A stretch of DNA of 64,000 nucleotides from Macrostomum lignano. Lineage: Eukaryota. The stretch is from positions 186,001-250,000 of the forward strand of contig NIVC01001409.1 in NCBI GenBank assembly GCA_002269645.1, written 5' to 3'. The notes beneath the pieces are model-generated. The model worked only from the letters and a program-made list of their open reading frames with translations. It was not told the origin of the DNA and did not search any database. Shown here in pieces: positions 1 to 23,000 of the stretch (within the stretch, counting starts at the first letter, position 1; the number at the start of each line of letters is the position of its first letter). The translations under genes were made by a program, and so were the position numbers.

Positions 1-635
1 GCTTGGCTTCATCTGGAGGAGGAGGAGGAGGAGGGGAACGTGGGTTCGAATCTCTAATTGAGGCGCAACACGACCCCCCCCCCTCTTAATGCAGTCCAGC
101 GGGGGCCGCCCAGTTTCAACCGTCTCGGATGGAAAAACAGCAACGGGGAAATTGAGGATTGGACAAAACTGAACAGATAAAGGGGAGGCTGGGGAGAGAT
201 GCGGGAATGGGGCCAGCATCCCCCCCCCATCATGCTGGGTGAAAACCACGGGAAAGTGGATTTGCAGAAAGTGGGTTCTGAGGATTTCTTGAAGGCCTGA
301 AAGACCCGGATCAAGGGATCCCTTGCTTTCAGACTCTTCCCCATTTCCCCTTTCACTCTCTCTTTTGCGCGAGTATCCCCTGGCGGCTCTCATCGGCTCT
401 CCTCCTGCCAGCCTGCGGTGCCAGCGAAACCGCCGCTGTAACCGGAACAGACCGGGGCCGACGGGGATATGGGAGATGGGAGGCTGGTAGCGGCGATGGA
501 GCGAAGGAAGCTGTGCGCTGATTTTTTCCAGTCCGAAAATTGAGTGGCTGGCTGAATAAGTTGGCGGCTCTGTTTGACTGGAGAGGCCTCTGGCCGCTGC
601 GTCACCGCTGCTGCCCTGGCCTCATTATCTCCTCC

Positions 636-1903
636 CTCATCACTCTCATTACCCTCATCACCCTCATCACTGTCATCACACTCATCACTCTCATCACTCT
701 CATCACACTCATCACCCTCATCACTCTCATCACTCTCATCACTCATCACTCTTATCACTCTTATCACACTCATCCCCTCATCACTCTCATCCCCTCATCA
801 CTCTCATCCCTCTCATCACTCTCATCACTCTCATCACCCTCATCACTCTCATCACTCTCATCACTCTCATTACCCTCATCACCCTCATCACTCTCATCAC
901 TCTCATCACTCTCATCAGTGTCATCACTCTCATCACTCTTATCACTCTCATCAGTGTCATCACTCTCATCACTCTTATCACTCTCATCACCCTCATCGCT
1001 CTCATCACCCTCATCACACTCATCACCCTCATCACTCTTATTACCCTCATCACCCTCATCACTCTCATCACCCTCATCACTCTCATCACTCTTATCACTC
1101 TCATTACCCTCATCACTCTCATCACCCTCATCACCCCCATAACTTTCATCCCCTCATCACTCTCATCACTCTCATCACTCTCATCACTCTTATTACCCTC
1201 ATCACTCTCATCACTCTCATCACCCTCATCACTCTCATCACTCTTATCACTCTCATTACCCTCATCACTCTCATCACCCTCATCACCCCCATAACTTTCA
1301 TCCCCTCATCACTCTCATCACTCTCATCACTCTCATCACTCTTATCACCCTCATCACTCTCATCACTCTCATCACTCTCATCACTCTTATCACCCTCATC
1401 ACTCTCATCACTCTCATCGCTCTCATCACCCTCATCGCCCTCATCACCCTCATCACCCTCATCACTCTCATCACTTTCATCACTCTCATCACTCTCATCA
1501 CTCTCATCGCTCTCATCACCCTCATTACCCTCATCACTCTCATCACCCTCATCACCCCCATAACTTTCATCCCCTCATCACTATCATCACTCTCATCACT
1601 CTCATCACTCTTATCACCCTCATCACTCTCATCACTCTCATCACTCACATCACTCTCATCACACTCATCACTCTCATCACTCTCATCGCTCTCATCACCC
1701 TCATCGCCCTTATCACCCTCATCACCCTCATCACTCTCATCACTCTCATCACTCTCATCACCCTCATCACCCTCATCACTCTCATCACTCTCATCACTCT
1801 CATCACACTCATCACTCTCATCACTCTCATCGCCCTCATCACTCTCATCACTCTCATCACCCTCATCGCTCTCATCACCCTCATCGCCCTCATCACCCCC
1901 ATT
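636..1903. repeat. 9-bp minisatellite (CTCATCACT)n with a recurring CCCCCATAACTTTC landmark
   Basis: Direct inspection; ends ~60 nt before the stomatin acceptor. Confidence 0.95.
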
Positions 1904-1965
1904 ACTCATTCGCAAACTCGCCTCCCTTACCACCAGCTTGACTCCGCCCCCTCTCTCCGCTTCAG

Positions 1966-13527
<11,562 letters not shown>

Positions 13528-13829
13528 GGCTGTCAAGGAAATGAAAGTTTGCATAGAAACTCAGTATTGCTCTGGCGAGCAACAGCTGAGCAGGGCGCCA
13601 AGATGAAGCTGCAAAATAATTGAATACTCACTCAGACCCGCGCCCAGCCTCCCGCCTTCACGAGGTTTCCGTTAAATTTGTTTTACTGATTGCTCGTTTT
13701 TCACTGTTGTCTAACTGACAACGGGACTGGAAATCTCTCCGAATCCTTTTGTACGCTCATTGTGATCTGATATTTTTTGTATTGTTATTCCTGCTTGGTG
13801 AATGGAATGATTGGAGTTCGTGAGTGGGC

Positions 13830-14055
13830 GAGTTGGTGAAAGAAACAAATTCAATTTGGTGAATCGAAAATGGTGAACGAGTGAATCGCATATGGTGAAT
13901 GAGTGGATCGAAGATGGTGAATGAGTGGATCGCATATGGTGAATCAGTGAATCGAAGATGGTGAATTAGTGAATCGAAGCTAATGAATGAGTGAATCGAA
14001 GATGGTGAATTAGTGAATCGAAGATGGTGAATTAGTGAATCAAAAATGGTGAAAA
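13830..14055. repeat. Degenerate ~22-bp array (GAATCGAAGATGGTGAATTAGT) downstream of the stomatin stop
   Basis: Direct inspection. Confidence 0.8.
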
Positions 14056-14219
14056 TGGAAAATTGATTCCACCTGGAGAAGCTGGACAAAGTCACGGAAG
14101 TGCTGACCCAGGCACAACCTCATCATTTTTGCGCCTGTTCCATATTAAAATCTATTTTACTAATCCTGGTACTCGCCCCGCTTGTCATTTAAAATTTTGT
14201 TAATCTGTTTCACATAAAC

Positions 14220-14225
14220 AATAAA
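14220..14225 (+). terminator. Candidate poly(A) signal of stomatin
   Basis: AATAAA ~690 nt after the stop codon in a U-rich context. Confidence 0.45.
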
Positions 14226-14544
14226 ATTTTCTTTAGCTGAGCAAAATCTCTTTTTCTGTACAAAGAGCCCGCGAGCCTGAATCGGCATCAGATTAAGTAA
14301 CGCGCTTCATCACTTTGCAGCTTCTCAATTTCATTTCACAATTTTAATTTAACGGCGAAACTCGTAAATACATTGCGATTTGAGGGGTCAATAGCTCAAC
14401 TCCATTTCATGTGCGGTTATTAACTGATCAGTTGGACACCACAGCACCGGGTTGATCCCTCAAATCACTGAGCCGGAAATCTCGCTTTAAATTTTCTGCT
14501 GTCAGTTCGATTTTGTTTCTTCTCGTATAAAACCAGGTTTTCAG

Positions 14545-14985
14545 GTTGTCAGATGTCAGATTTTCGGATGGTCAGGTTGTCAGATGTCAGATTTTCGGAT
14601 GGTCAGGTTGTCAGATGTCGGATTTTCGGATGGTCAGGTTGTCAAATGGTCAGATAGATTGTCAAATAGTCAGATAGGTTGTCAGTTATCAGATAGGTTG
14701 TCAGTTATCAGATAGGTTGTCAGTTATCAGATAGGTTATCAGTTATCAGATAGGTTGTCAGTTATCAGATAGGTTGTCAGGTTGTCGGATGGTCAGGTTG
14801 TCAAATGGTCAGACAGGTTGTCAAATGGTCAGACAGGTTGTCAAATGGTCAGACAGGTTGTCAAATGGTCAGACAGGTTGTCAAATGGTCAGACAGGTTG
14901 TCAAATGGTCAGACAGGTTGTCAGGTTGTCAGACAGTCATATTGCCAAATTGTCAGACTGTCAGATTGCTAACCTGTCAGACTAG
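14545..14985. repeat. Composite array (31-, 19- and 20-bp units sharing GGTTGTCA)
   Basis: Direct inspection. Confidence 0.88.
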
Positions 14986-15230
14986 AAGACTGTTCATAGC
15001 CGCAGTCTCAGTGATGAAGCATGCAGTTCTAAAAATAGCATCTGAATTTAAGCGTTTCCTCTGAAGGTCATAAAAAGCGCTGAGTGGGATGCGGCTACCC
15101 GAGTGTCTATGGCAGTCAGTGCGCCGGCTTCATTGCTGCTTTTTGCTCGAATTTTTTGCAATCTGTAATTCTTTCCGGCTTCTAAACGAATTCGGTCGAA
15201 AAAGTTTGAGATCAGATTAGCTAGCCGGCA

Positions 15231-17321
15231 ATGGAGAGCCGGCTCATCGACTGCACCCACCAGGACGCCCTGAAGGAGTTCCTGCTGCTGTTCGGAGTGA
15301 TTGACAGGCTGCCGATGACCTGCCACCTGGACTGCTACGCCAAGTGCTGCCTGGTGAAGCACAGCTTCGTGAAGCGGCGGCTGCCTGCGCACTGCCTGCT
15401 GCTGTGCAGCGGCTGCCCCATGGACTCAATGTTTGTGCTCATCAACGGCCAGCTAGAGGTGCTGGCTCTGGCTGGTAGGCCGTCACCTGGCTGCGCCTTC
15501 TGTCTGCCCTTCATCCGCCTATCCGCCCATTCATCCTCCCTTCAGCCCCTTCATCTTTCCTTTCATCTTCCCTTCATTCTCCCTTCATGCGTCTCTTCAT
15601 CCGCCCCTTCAACCGCCCCTTCAACCGCCCCTTAACCGCCCTTCAACCGCCCCTTTAACAACCCCTTCAACCGATCCTTCAACCCCCTCTTCAACCGCCC
15701 CATCAACCGCCCCTTCAATCGCTCCTTCAACCGCCCCTTTTAACCGACCCTTCAATCGCCCCTTCAACAACCCCTTCAACCGCCCTTCAACCGCCCCTTT
15801 AACAGCCCCTTCAACCCCCTTCAACCGCCCCTTTAACTACCCCTTCAACCCCCTCTTCAACCGCCCCATCAACCGCCCCCTTCAACCGCTCCTTCAACCG
15901 CCCCTTTTAACCGACATTTCAATCGCCCATTCAACAACCCTTCAACCGCCCTTCAACCGCCCCTTCAACCGCCCCATCAACCGCCCTTTAACAACCCTTG
16001 AACCGACTTTTCAACCGCCCCTTCACCCGCCCGGCTACCGCAGGCACCAGCCAGCGAGTACCCGATGCGGACCCGCTGGACCCAGCAAGAGCGGTGCGCC
16101 TGACCGAGTTCCGAGACGACTGCGTCATCGGGGTGGAGTGCCTGAGCTCGGCCGGCATCGTGTCGCCCGTGACGGTCCGCGCGGTCACGGACTGCATTCT
16201 GTACGAGCTGAAGCGGCAGGATTATCACGCCATGATCCGGAGCCTCACCTGCGGCATGGAGCACAAGATGGCGGTGCTGCTGAGGCTGGCCCACCTGCCC
16301 AAGACGTGGCACATTGTCCGCAGCAGTCTGTACGACGAGATGACCCTGCTGGAGAAGTACAACGCCGCGCACGCCATCGTCAGGCGGCTGGTGGTCAAGA
16401 AGGAGGTGCTGCTGCGGCAGAGCCAGGACCCCGGGGCGCTGGTCATGATTGAGAAGGGCTCGCTGCAGGTGCGGCCGGGACTGGCGCCTGGAGACTGGGA
16501 ATGAGGCAGAGGGACATAATGACGTGAGCTGGGGTAGAGCGGGAGAGGTATTGGAACAATTGGGGTGAGAGAGAAGGAGGGGAAGGCTGAGGGAAAGAGG
16601 GGAAAGACAACAGGGGAGGAAGTGAAAGACAGAGGGGAGGGAGGGGAAGTGAAAGACAGAGGGGAGGGAGGGGAAGGCAGAGGAGAGGGAGGGGAAGGCA
16701 GAGGAGAGGGAGGTTAAGGCAGAGGAGAGGGAGGGGAAGGCAGAGGAGAGGGAGGGGAAGGCAGAGGAGAGGGAGGGGAAGGCAGAGGAGAGGGAGGGGA
16801 AGGCAGAGGAGAGGGAGGGGAAGGCAGAGGAGAGGGAGGGGAAGGCAGAGGAGAGGGAGGGGAAGGCAGAGGAGAGGGAGGGGAAGGCAGAGGAGAGGGA
16901 GGGGAAGGCAGAGGAGAGGGAGGGGAAGGCAGAGAAGAGGGAGGGGAAGGCAGAGGGGACGGCAGGCTGAGCCTCTCCCCTCCCCCGGCAGATCAGGTAC
17001 TACAAGCGCGGCGCGGGCGGGAAGATCACAGAGGCGAAGGTGAACCTGAGCGACGGCAGCGTGTTCGGCTTCAAGAATTTCTACAGCCACATCCTGTGCC
17101 TGGGCCAGCAGCTGGGCAGGGGCGGTCGGCTTGGGCAGCAGTACAGCAGCCTGGTGCTGCCGGGCCTGGTGATCCAGGCCAGGGCCCTGGAGATCTCCGA
17201 GGTGGTGCTGCTGGACGCTGAGCTGTTCATCCGGTACAGCAGGCGAGATCCGGGCTGCGTGATCCGCAGCCTGCTGTCTGGCGACCAGTTCGCGCGGGTG
17301 CACGACATCCGGCTGAACTGA
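15231..17321 (+). CDS. Protein with two tandem, degenerate cyclic-nucleotide-binding (CNB/Crp-like) domains, 332 aa; exons 15231-15474, 16044-16468, 16992-17321
   Basis: ATG at 15231 with an in-frame TAG just upstream; GT-AG junctions with consistent phase (999 nt). Domain 1: LLLCSGCPMDSMFVLINGQLEV...IGVECL...VTVRAVTDCILYELKRQDY. Domain 2: VLLRQSQDPGALVMIEKGSLQI...GSVFG...IQARALEISEVVLLDAELF. Both follow the CNB beta-barrel pattern. Confidence 0.8.
15600..16030. repeat. ~12-bp array (TTCAACCGCCCC)n in CNB-gene intron 1
   Basis: Direct inspection. Confidence 0.92.
16610..16960. repeat. 21-bp purine-rich array (GGGAAGGCAGAGGAGAGGGAG)n in CNB-gene intron 2
   Basis: Direct inspection. Confidence 0.93.
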
Positions 17322-17419
17322 TCGAGGCTTCGGGACGCCTGTGCGAGGCGGCGGCTGTTCGGCGTCCGCGTGCCGGACACAGCTGGACAAGTTTTCCAAT
17401 CTGTGAAAAATTTTCCCAG

Positions 17420-18450
17420 ATTTTCCCCAACTTCCCCGAATTCCCCAACTCCCCCTGAATTCCCTAACTCCCCCTGAATTCCCCAACTTCCCCCTGAATT
17501 CCCCAACTCCCCCTGAATTCCCCAACTTCCCCCTAAATTCCCTAACTTCCCCTGAATTCCCCAACTTCCCCTGAATTCCCCAACTCCCCGAATTCCCCAA
17601 CTCCCCTGAATTCCCCAACTCCCCTGAATTCCCCAACTCCCCGAATTCCCCAACTCCCCTGAATTCCCCAACTCCCCTGAATTCCCCAACTCCCCTGAAT
17701 TCCCCAATTCCCCTGAATTCCCTAACTCCCCTGAATTCCCCAACTCCCCCGAATTCCTCAACTCCCCTGAATTCCCCAACTCCCCTGAATTCCCCAACTC
17801 CCCTGAATTCCTCAACTCCACTGAATTCCCCATCTCCCCTGAATTCCCCAACTCCCCTGAATTCCCCAACTCCCCCGAATTCCCCAACTCCCCTGAATTC
17901 CCCAACTCCACTGAATTCCCCAACTCAACTGAATTCCCCAACTCCCCTGAATTCCCCAACTCCCCCGAATTCCCCAACTCCCCTGAATTCCCCAACTCCC
18001 CTGAATTCCCCATCTCCCCTGAATTCCCCAACTCCACTGAATTCCCTAACTCCCCTGAATTCCCCAACTCCCCCGAATTCCCCAACTCCCCTGAATTCCC
18101 CAACTCCCCCGAATTCCCCAACTCCCCTGAATTCCCCAACTCCCCTGAATTCCCCATCTCCCCTGAATTCCCCAACTCCACTGAATTCCCTAACTCCCCT
18201 GAATTCCCCAACTCCCCCGAATTCCCCAACTCCCCTGAATTCCCCAACTCCCCTGAATTCCCCATCTCCCCTGAATTCCCCAACTCCACTGAATTCTTTA
18301 ACTCCCCCGAATTCCCCAACTCCCCCGAATTCCCCAACTCCCCTGAATTCCCCAACTCCCCTGAATTCCCCAACTCCCCTGAATTCCCCAACTCCACTGA
18401 ATTCCATAACTCCCCCGAATTCCCCAACTCCCCTGAATTCCCCAACTTCG
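17420..18450. repeat. 18-bp array (GAATTCCCCAACTCCCCT)n, ~56 copies, downstream of the CNB-gene stop
   Basis: Direct inspection; an EcoRI site in each unit. Confidence 0.95.
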
Positions 18451-19469
18451 CCGAACCCTCCAAATTCTGTAAAGTTGAATTGGACTTCTTTAAGCTCTTC
18501 AAGTTGCTATAAAAGTCCAGAAGCAGACAGATCCAAGAATTCTGAAAACGCCATGATGTTGAGCACATTAAAGCTACGTGACAAGTCTGTAGAGATGATT
18601 CCGCATGTTTTCAACAAGATTGATTATGTCTGCCGCAAATCGGCCAGCCTGGCTTGTCATCTGCATTATATTTGTTTTAATCAGTAATTCAAAAACTAGT
18701 AAATAATTAATTAGGGATCGGATTAAGGGAGGGAGAGTTAAAAAAACAAACAGAAGTGAACCTTGAGGCAAATAAGGCCAAGGCAGGGCATGTACAACAG
18801 GCGAGTCGAAGCGGCATGTCGGTCTGAGTTCAAACAGAAGTGGAGAATGAGCTGCGAGTAGCAGATGATGGGGTGGTGCAGGCTTCTCTCGTGTTAGGGA
18901 AGGTCACTCTTAGTTCACTCCGGTACGTGTACGTGCTGACAGCTGCTAAAAATTACTGCGAGTAGTTAAAACAAAAACAAAAATAAATAAATCAAACACA
19001 CGATAAAAAGCGGAAAGGAAAATCTGTATTAGCTACTCATAGTATAGTAATAGTTTTATTCGCGTAGAGAACGAACTAGTTTATCGCATGGGTATCTACT
19101 GCTAGTATAAAATTTGTCTAAGCGAGAGACTTCAGTCACGGATGACATGGAGCAAACCAACAGTTATAAGAAAACGATTTTGTCAGTAGTATGGTGCGAC
19201 TGTTTCACTGAAATTGTACTGTAAATAAAGCAAATCTGTGTCTAGTTTTGTTAAAGTACATCTGAGGCGCCAATTTTCGTATCGAGTAGCAGGGTTATTC
19301 CCGTGTCTGGAGGGCAGGAGAGGGAGCAATCAAAAGGAGGTTTTGCTTTGAATTCAACAAAAGCTACAAAATCTAATTTTTGTCCCTAATTCGGAAGCTG
19401 CTAAAAATAGTTAAGAATCGTAGGGGTGCCATAGAAAACAGTGAAACCAGCCAATTAGGGGTGGGTGGC

Positions 19470-20077
19470 TTAGAACCAGCCAATCAGAAGCCGAAAGGGT
19501 GGGTGGCTCAGAACCAGCCAATCAGAAGCCGAAGGGTATACGGGGTGACTCAGAACCAGCCAATCAGAAGCCGAAGGGTATACGGGGTGACTCAGAACCA
19601 GCCAATCAGAAACTGAAGGGTATGCGGGGTGACTCAGAACCAGCCAATCAGAAACTGAAGGGTATACGAGGGACTCAGAACCAGCCAATCAGAAGCCGAA
19701 GGGTATGCGGGGTGACTGAGAACTAGCCAATCAGAAACTGAAGGGTATACGGGATGACTCAGAACCAGCCAATCAGAAACTGAAGGGTATACGGGATGAC
19801 TCAGAACCAGCCAATCAGAAACTGAAGGGTATGCGGGGTGACTGAGAACTAGCCAATCAGAAACTGAAGGGTATACGGGATGACTCAGAACCAGCCAATC
19901 AGAAACTGAAGGGTATACGGGATGACTCAGAACCAGCCAATCAGAAACTGAAGGGTATGCGGGGTGACTGAGAACTAGCCAATCAGAAACTGAAGGGTAT
20001 ACGGGATGACTCAGAACCAGCCAATCAGAAACTGAAGGGTATGTTGGGATGACTCAGAACCAGCCAATCAGAAGCCG
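19470..20077. repeat. 42-bp array overlapping the NCX stop codon
   Basis: Unit CAGAACCAGCCAATCAGAAACTGAAGGGTATACGGGATGACT, ~14 copies. Confidence 0.94.
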
Positions 20078-23000
20078 TCAATGTAGCAATAATTCTCAAG
20101 CGAGGACACTAGAATGTAGGTGCCCCAGAGGCTGAAGAAGGCCATGGCGGTGGCTATCTTGGCTGGCCGGGGGCCGCCCAGCTCCCCGCCAATGGGCTTG
20201 AGGCGGCGCAGCAGCATGATGATGACGGCCAGGAAGGCCTCGGCGCAGAACAGAGTGACGGAGAAGCCGAGGGAGCCGGCATGCACCGTGAACTCGCTAT
20301 CGATGGACCAGTGATAGATGGCCGCGATGGACCAGGCCACACCGATGCCAAGGAAGACGTTCACCGCGTTGCTGCCCGTCACGTTGCCCACCGAGCTGTC
20401 GGCGTAGGCGTCGCCGATGGCTGCCACCTTCGAGGCAAAAGTGTCTGCGGGAGGGGATTGTTGTTTTGAATAGTTTAGAGCACTGCTTTGAGTACTGCTT
20501 TGAGCACTGCTTTGAGAAATGCTTTGAGAAATGCTTTGAGCACTGCTTTGAGCACTGCTTTGAGCAATTCTTTGAGTACTGCTTTGAGCACTACTTTGAG
20601 CACTGCTTTGAGCACTGCTTTGAGCACTACTTTGAGCACTGCTTTGAGCACTGCTTTGAGCGCTACTTTGAGCACTGCTTTGAGCACTGCTTTGAGCACT
20701 GCTTTGAGCACTGCTTTGAGCGCTACTTTGAGCACTGATTTGAGCACTGCTTTGAGCACTTCCTTGAGCACTTATGCAAGTCAAAGAGCAAGTCAAAAGT
20801 CACACAGCTGTCACTCACCTGGAAGGCTGGTGCCGAGAGCGACAAAGGTGATGGCTGTCACGGCGTCCGTCAGACCCACTGTGCAGCCAAAGCTGGACGC
20901 CAAGTCCCCGATGACAGCTGTGAGCATGCCGATGACCGTGATTGACACGTTGAAGCAGAGCCAGCCGCCGGCATAATCTGCGGAGCGGATTAAGGAGCAA
21001 AAGATGGACATTTCATCGCCGCCGCAAATCAAAGGCGTGTCAATTTCGCTGACACCTGGATTCGTGCGCAGTCACGAGCTCACACAGGGTGTACAGAGGT
21101 CCTGACTTTCTCATCATCCACAGGCATTTCGTACTCTTTCTCTGTGCCTTCGAACCCGCGCTCGCCCCCTTTTCGTTGAAGCTTTGGACTTTGATCTTCT
21201 AACAGGAAGAAGCATGGACACAGGCACAAAAATCCCCTTTTCCCATCTCCACCCCAGCCTCCCGCCATCCTTCATCATGCATCTTAAATTGAAAATAGAA
21301 TGTAAATTCAAAACGGGAATGGTATAGCAATCGATGGTAGCCCATTGTGCCCCAACAAGGCACTCAATTCTATTATTTTATTTTTCTTTTTTCCTTCCGT
21401 TGTAAAGAGATGCAGCCGGGAGTCTGGGATCTGGGGAGTCGATCCGCCTATCGATAAGCGATAAGAGCTCCGTGATGCTGGGCAGGCTGGGGGGGGGGGT
21501 AACACAAAACAGCAATCCGAGCTCTCTCTGGCAAAAATTGATTTTTTACAAATCAAACCTTGGAATCTGCAGCATGCAATTTTAATATTCCCATCCAGAC
21601 TCGCATATTCCCAGATGGCAAGCCTCATCAATGCATCTCCACAGCCCCCACTCACGCTTCGAAATCCTCACACCCTCCTCGCAATCTCCTCACACCCATT
21701 CTTACACCCTCCCCACACCCTCCTCACACCCTCCTCTCACCCTCCTCATATCCCTCCTCATATCCCTCCTCATATCCCTTCTCATATCCCTCCTCTGACC
21801 CTCCTCTGACCCTCCTCTGACCCTCCTCACACCCTCCTCATATCCCTCCTCAATATCCATCCTCACACCCTCCTCATATCCCTCCTCATATCCATCCTCA
21901 CACCCTCCTCATATCCCTCCTCATATCCCTCCTCAATATCTGTTGTATATTAACAGAGAAGACACAGAGTATGCCCCCAAGCCCAATGTTTTGTTGTCTA
22001 AGGCACAACCTATTATTTTATAATAAAGTACGAGCTAGTTACAACATGAATCCCAAGAGGAGTTCGTAACTACCGGAGCAATACGATAGCTCGAACCCCT
22101 AAGCGAACCGTTGTCTTCTTACTTAAATGTAGCAGCTCCACGTCGGAGCAGAAGACATAACAATGGCGACGAGTACAAAAATCGGCGAGTTTGACGTGGC
22201 TAAACCGGATAAATGGGAAGCCTACGAAGAGCGGCTAGAACAATTTCTCGTCGTGAATAAAGTGACCGAGGAGGCACAAAAGCGAGCCAGCTTGATCACA
22301 GTGATAGGCAATGACTGTTATCAATTGCTACGCAACCTGCTATCGCCTAAGAAGCCAAAGGATGTGGCGTACGACGAACAAGTGAAGACGCTGAGGGAAC
22401 ACTTCAACCCAAAGCCGAAGATTGTCGTCGAGCGGTACAACTTCCACAGCAGAGTCCAACACGAAGGAGAAACAGTGAGTGACTTTGTTGCAAGTCTGCG
22501 GAGGTTGGCAGCCACGTGTGGTTTTGACAAGTTCCTGGAGGAGGCACTGAGAGACAGGTTCGTCGTTGGCCTCAGGAACAGGCTCATCCAGCAGCGATTG
22601 CTACAAGAAGAGACACTGACCCTGTCGGGTGCATTAACGCTAGCGACTGCGATAGAAGCAGCAGAGCGAGGAGTCGTGACTATCACCTCCGCCACAGGAG
22701 TCGGTCATAGTGTCAATTTCTCGAAGGAAACTAACAAGCAATCAACTGCAGCGCAACATGGGAAAAGGAGCCGCGCCCAAGATGGATGTTTCTGCTGTAA
22801 CGCGAAGGATCATTGGGCAAGGAGCTGTCCATATAGGAATAAAACGTGCAGCAAATGCGGCCGAGTAGGACATCTTAGAGATGCATGCCGTACAAAGGAC
22901 AAGGCAAAAGAGTCTGGAAGTGGCAGGTCGAAGCGATTCAACTCTTCAAAACGTGGGAAGTCCGATAAGGTGCATTACGCTCGGAATTTCGACAGTGAGT

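Noticed and set aside
1-620. Upstream stomatin exon(s)
   Set aside because: No frame encodes the expected EYERAVIFRLGR-type segment, so it presumably lies before the window.
15231-17321. Popeye-domain (POPDC/BVES) assignment
   Set aside because: There are no N-terminal transmembrane helices and no FL/IDSPEW motif, and there are two CNB-like domains rather than one.
16443-18568. 397-aa and 495-aa minus-strand ORFs (GNSGEL and LPLPLLC repeats)
   Set aside because: They are array translations plus antisense shadow of the GC-rich CNB-gene exon.
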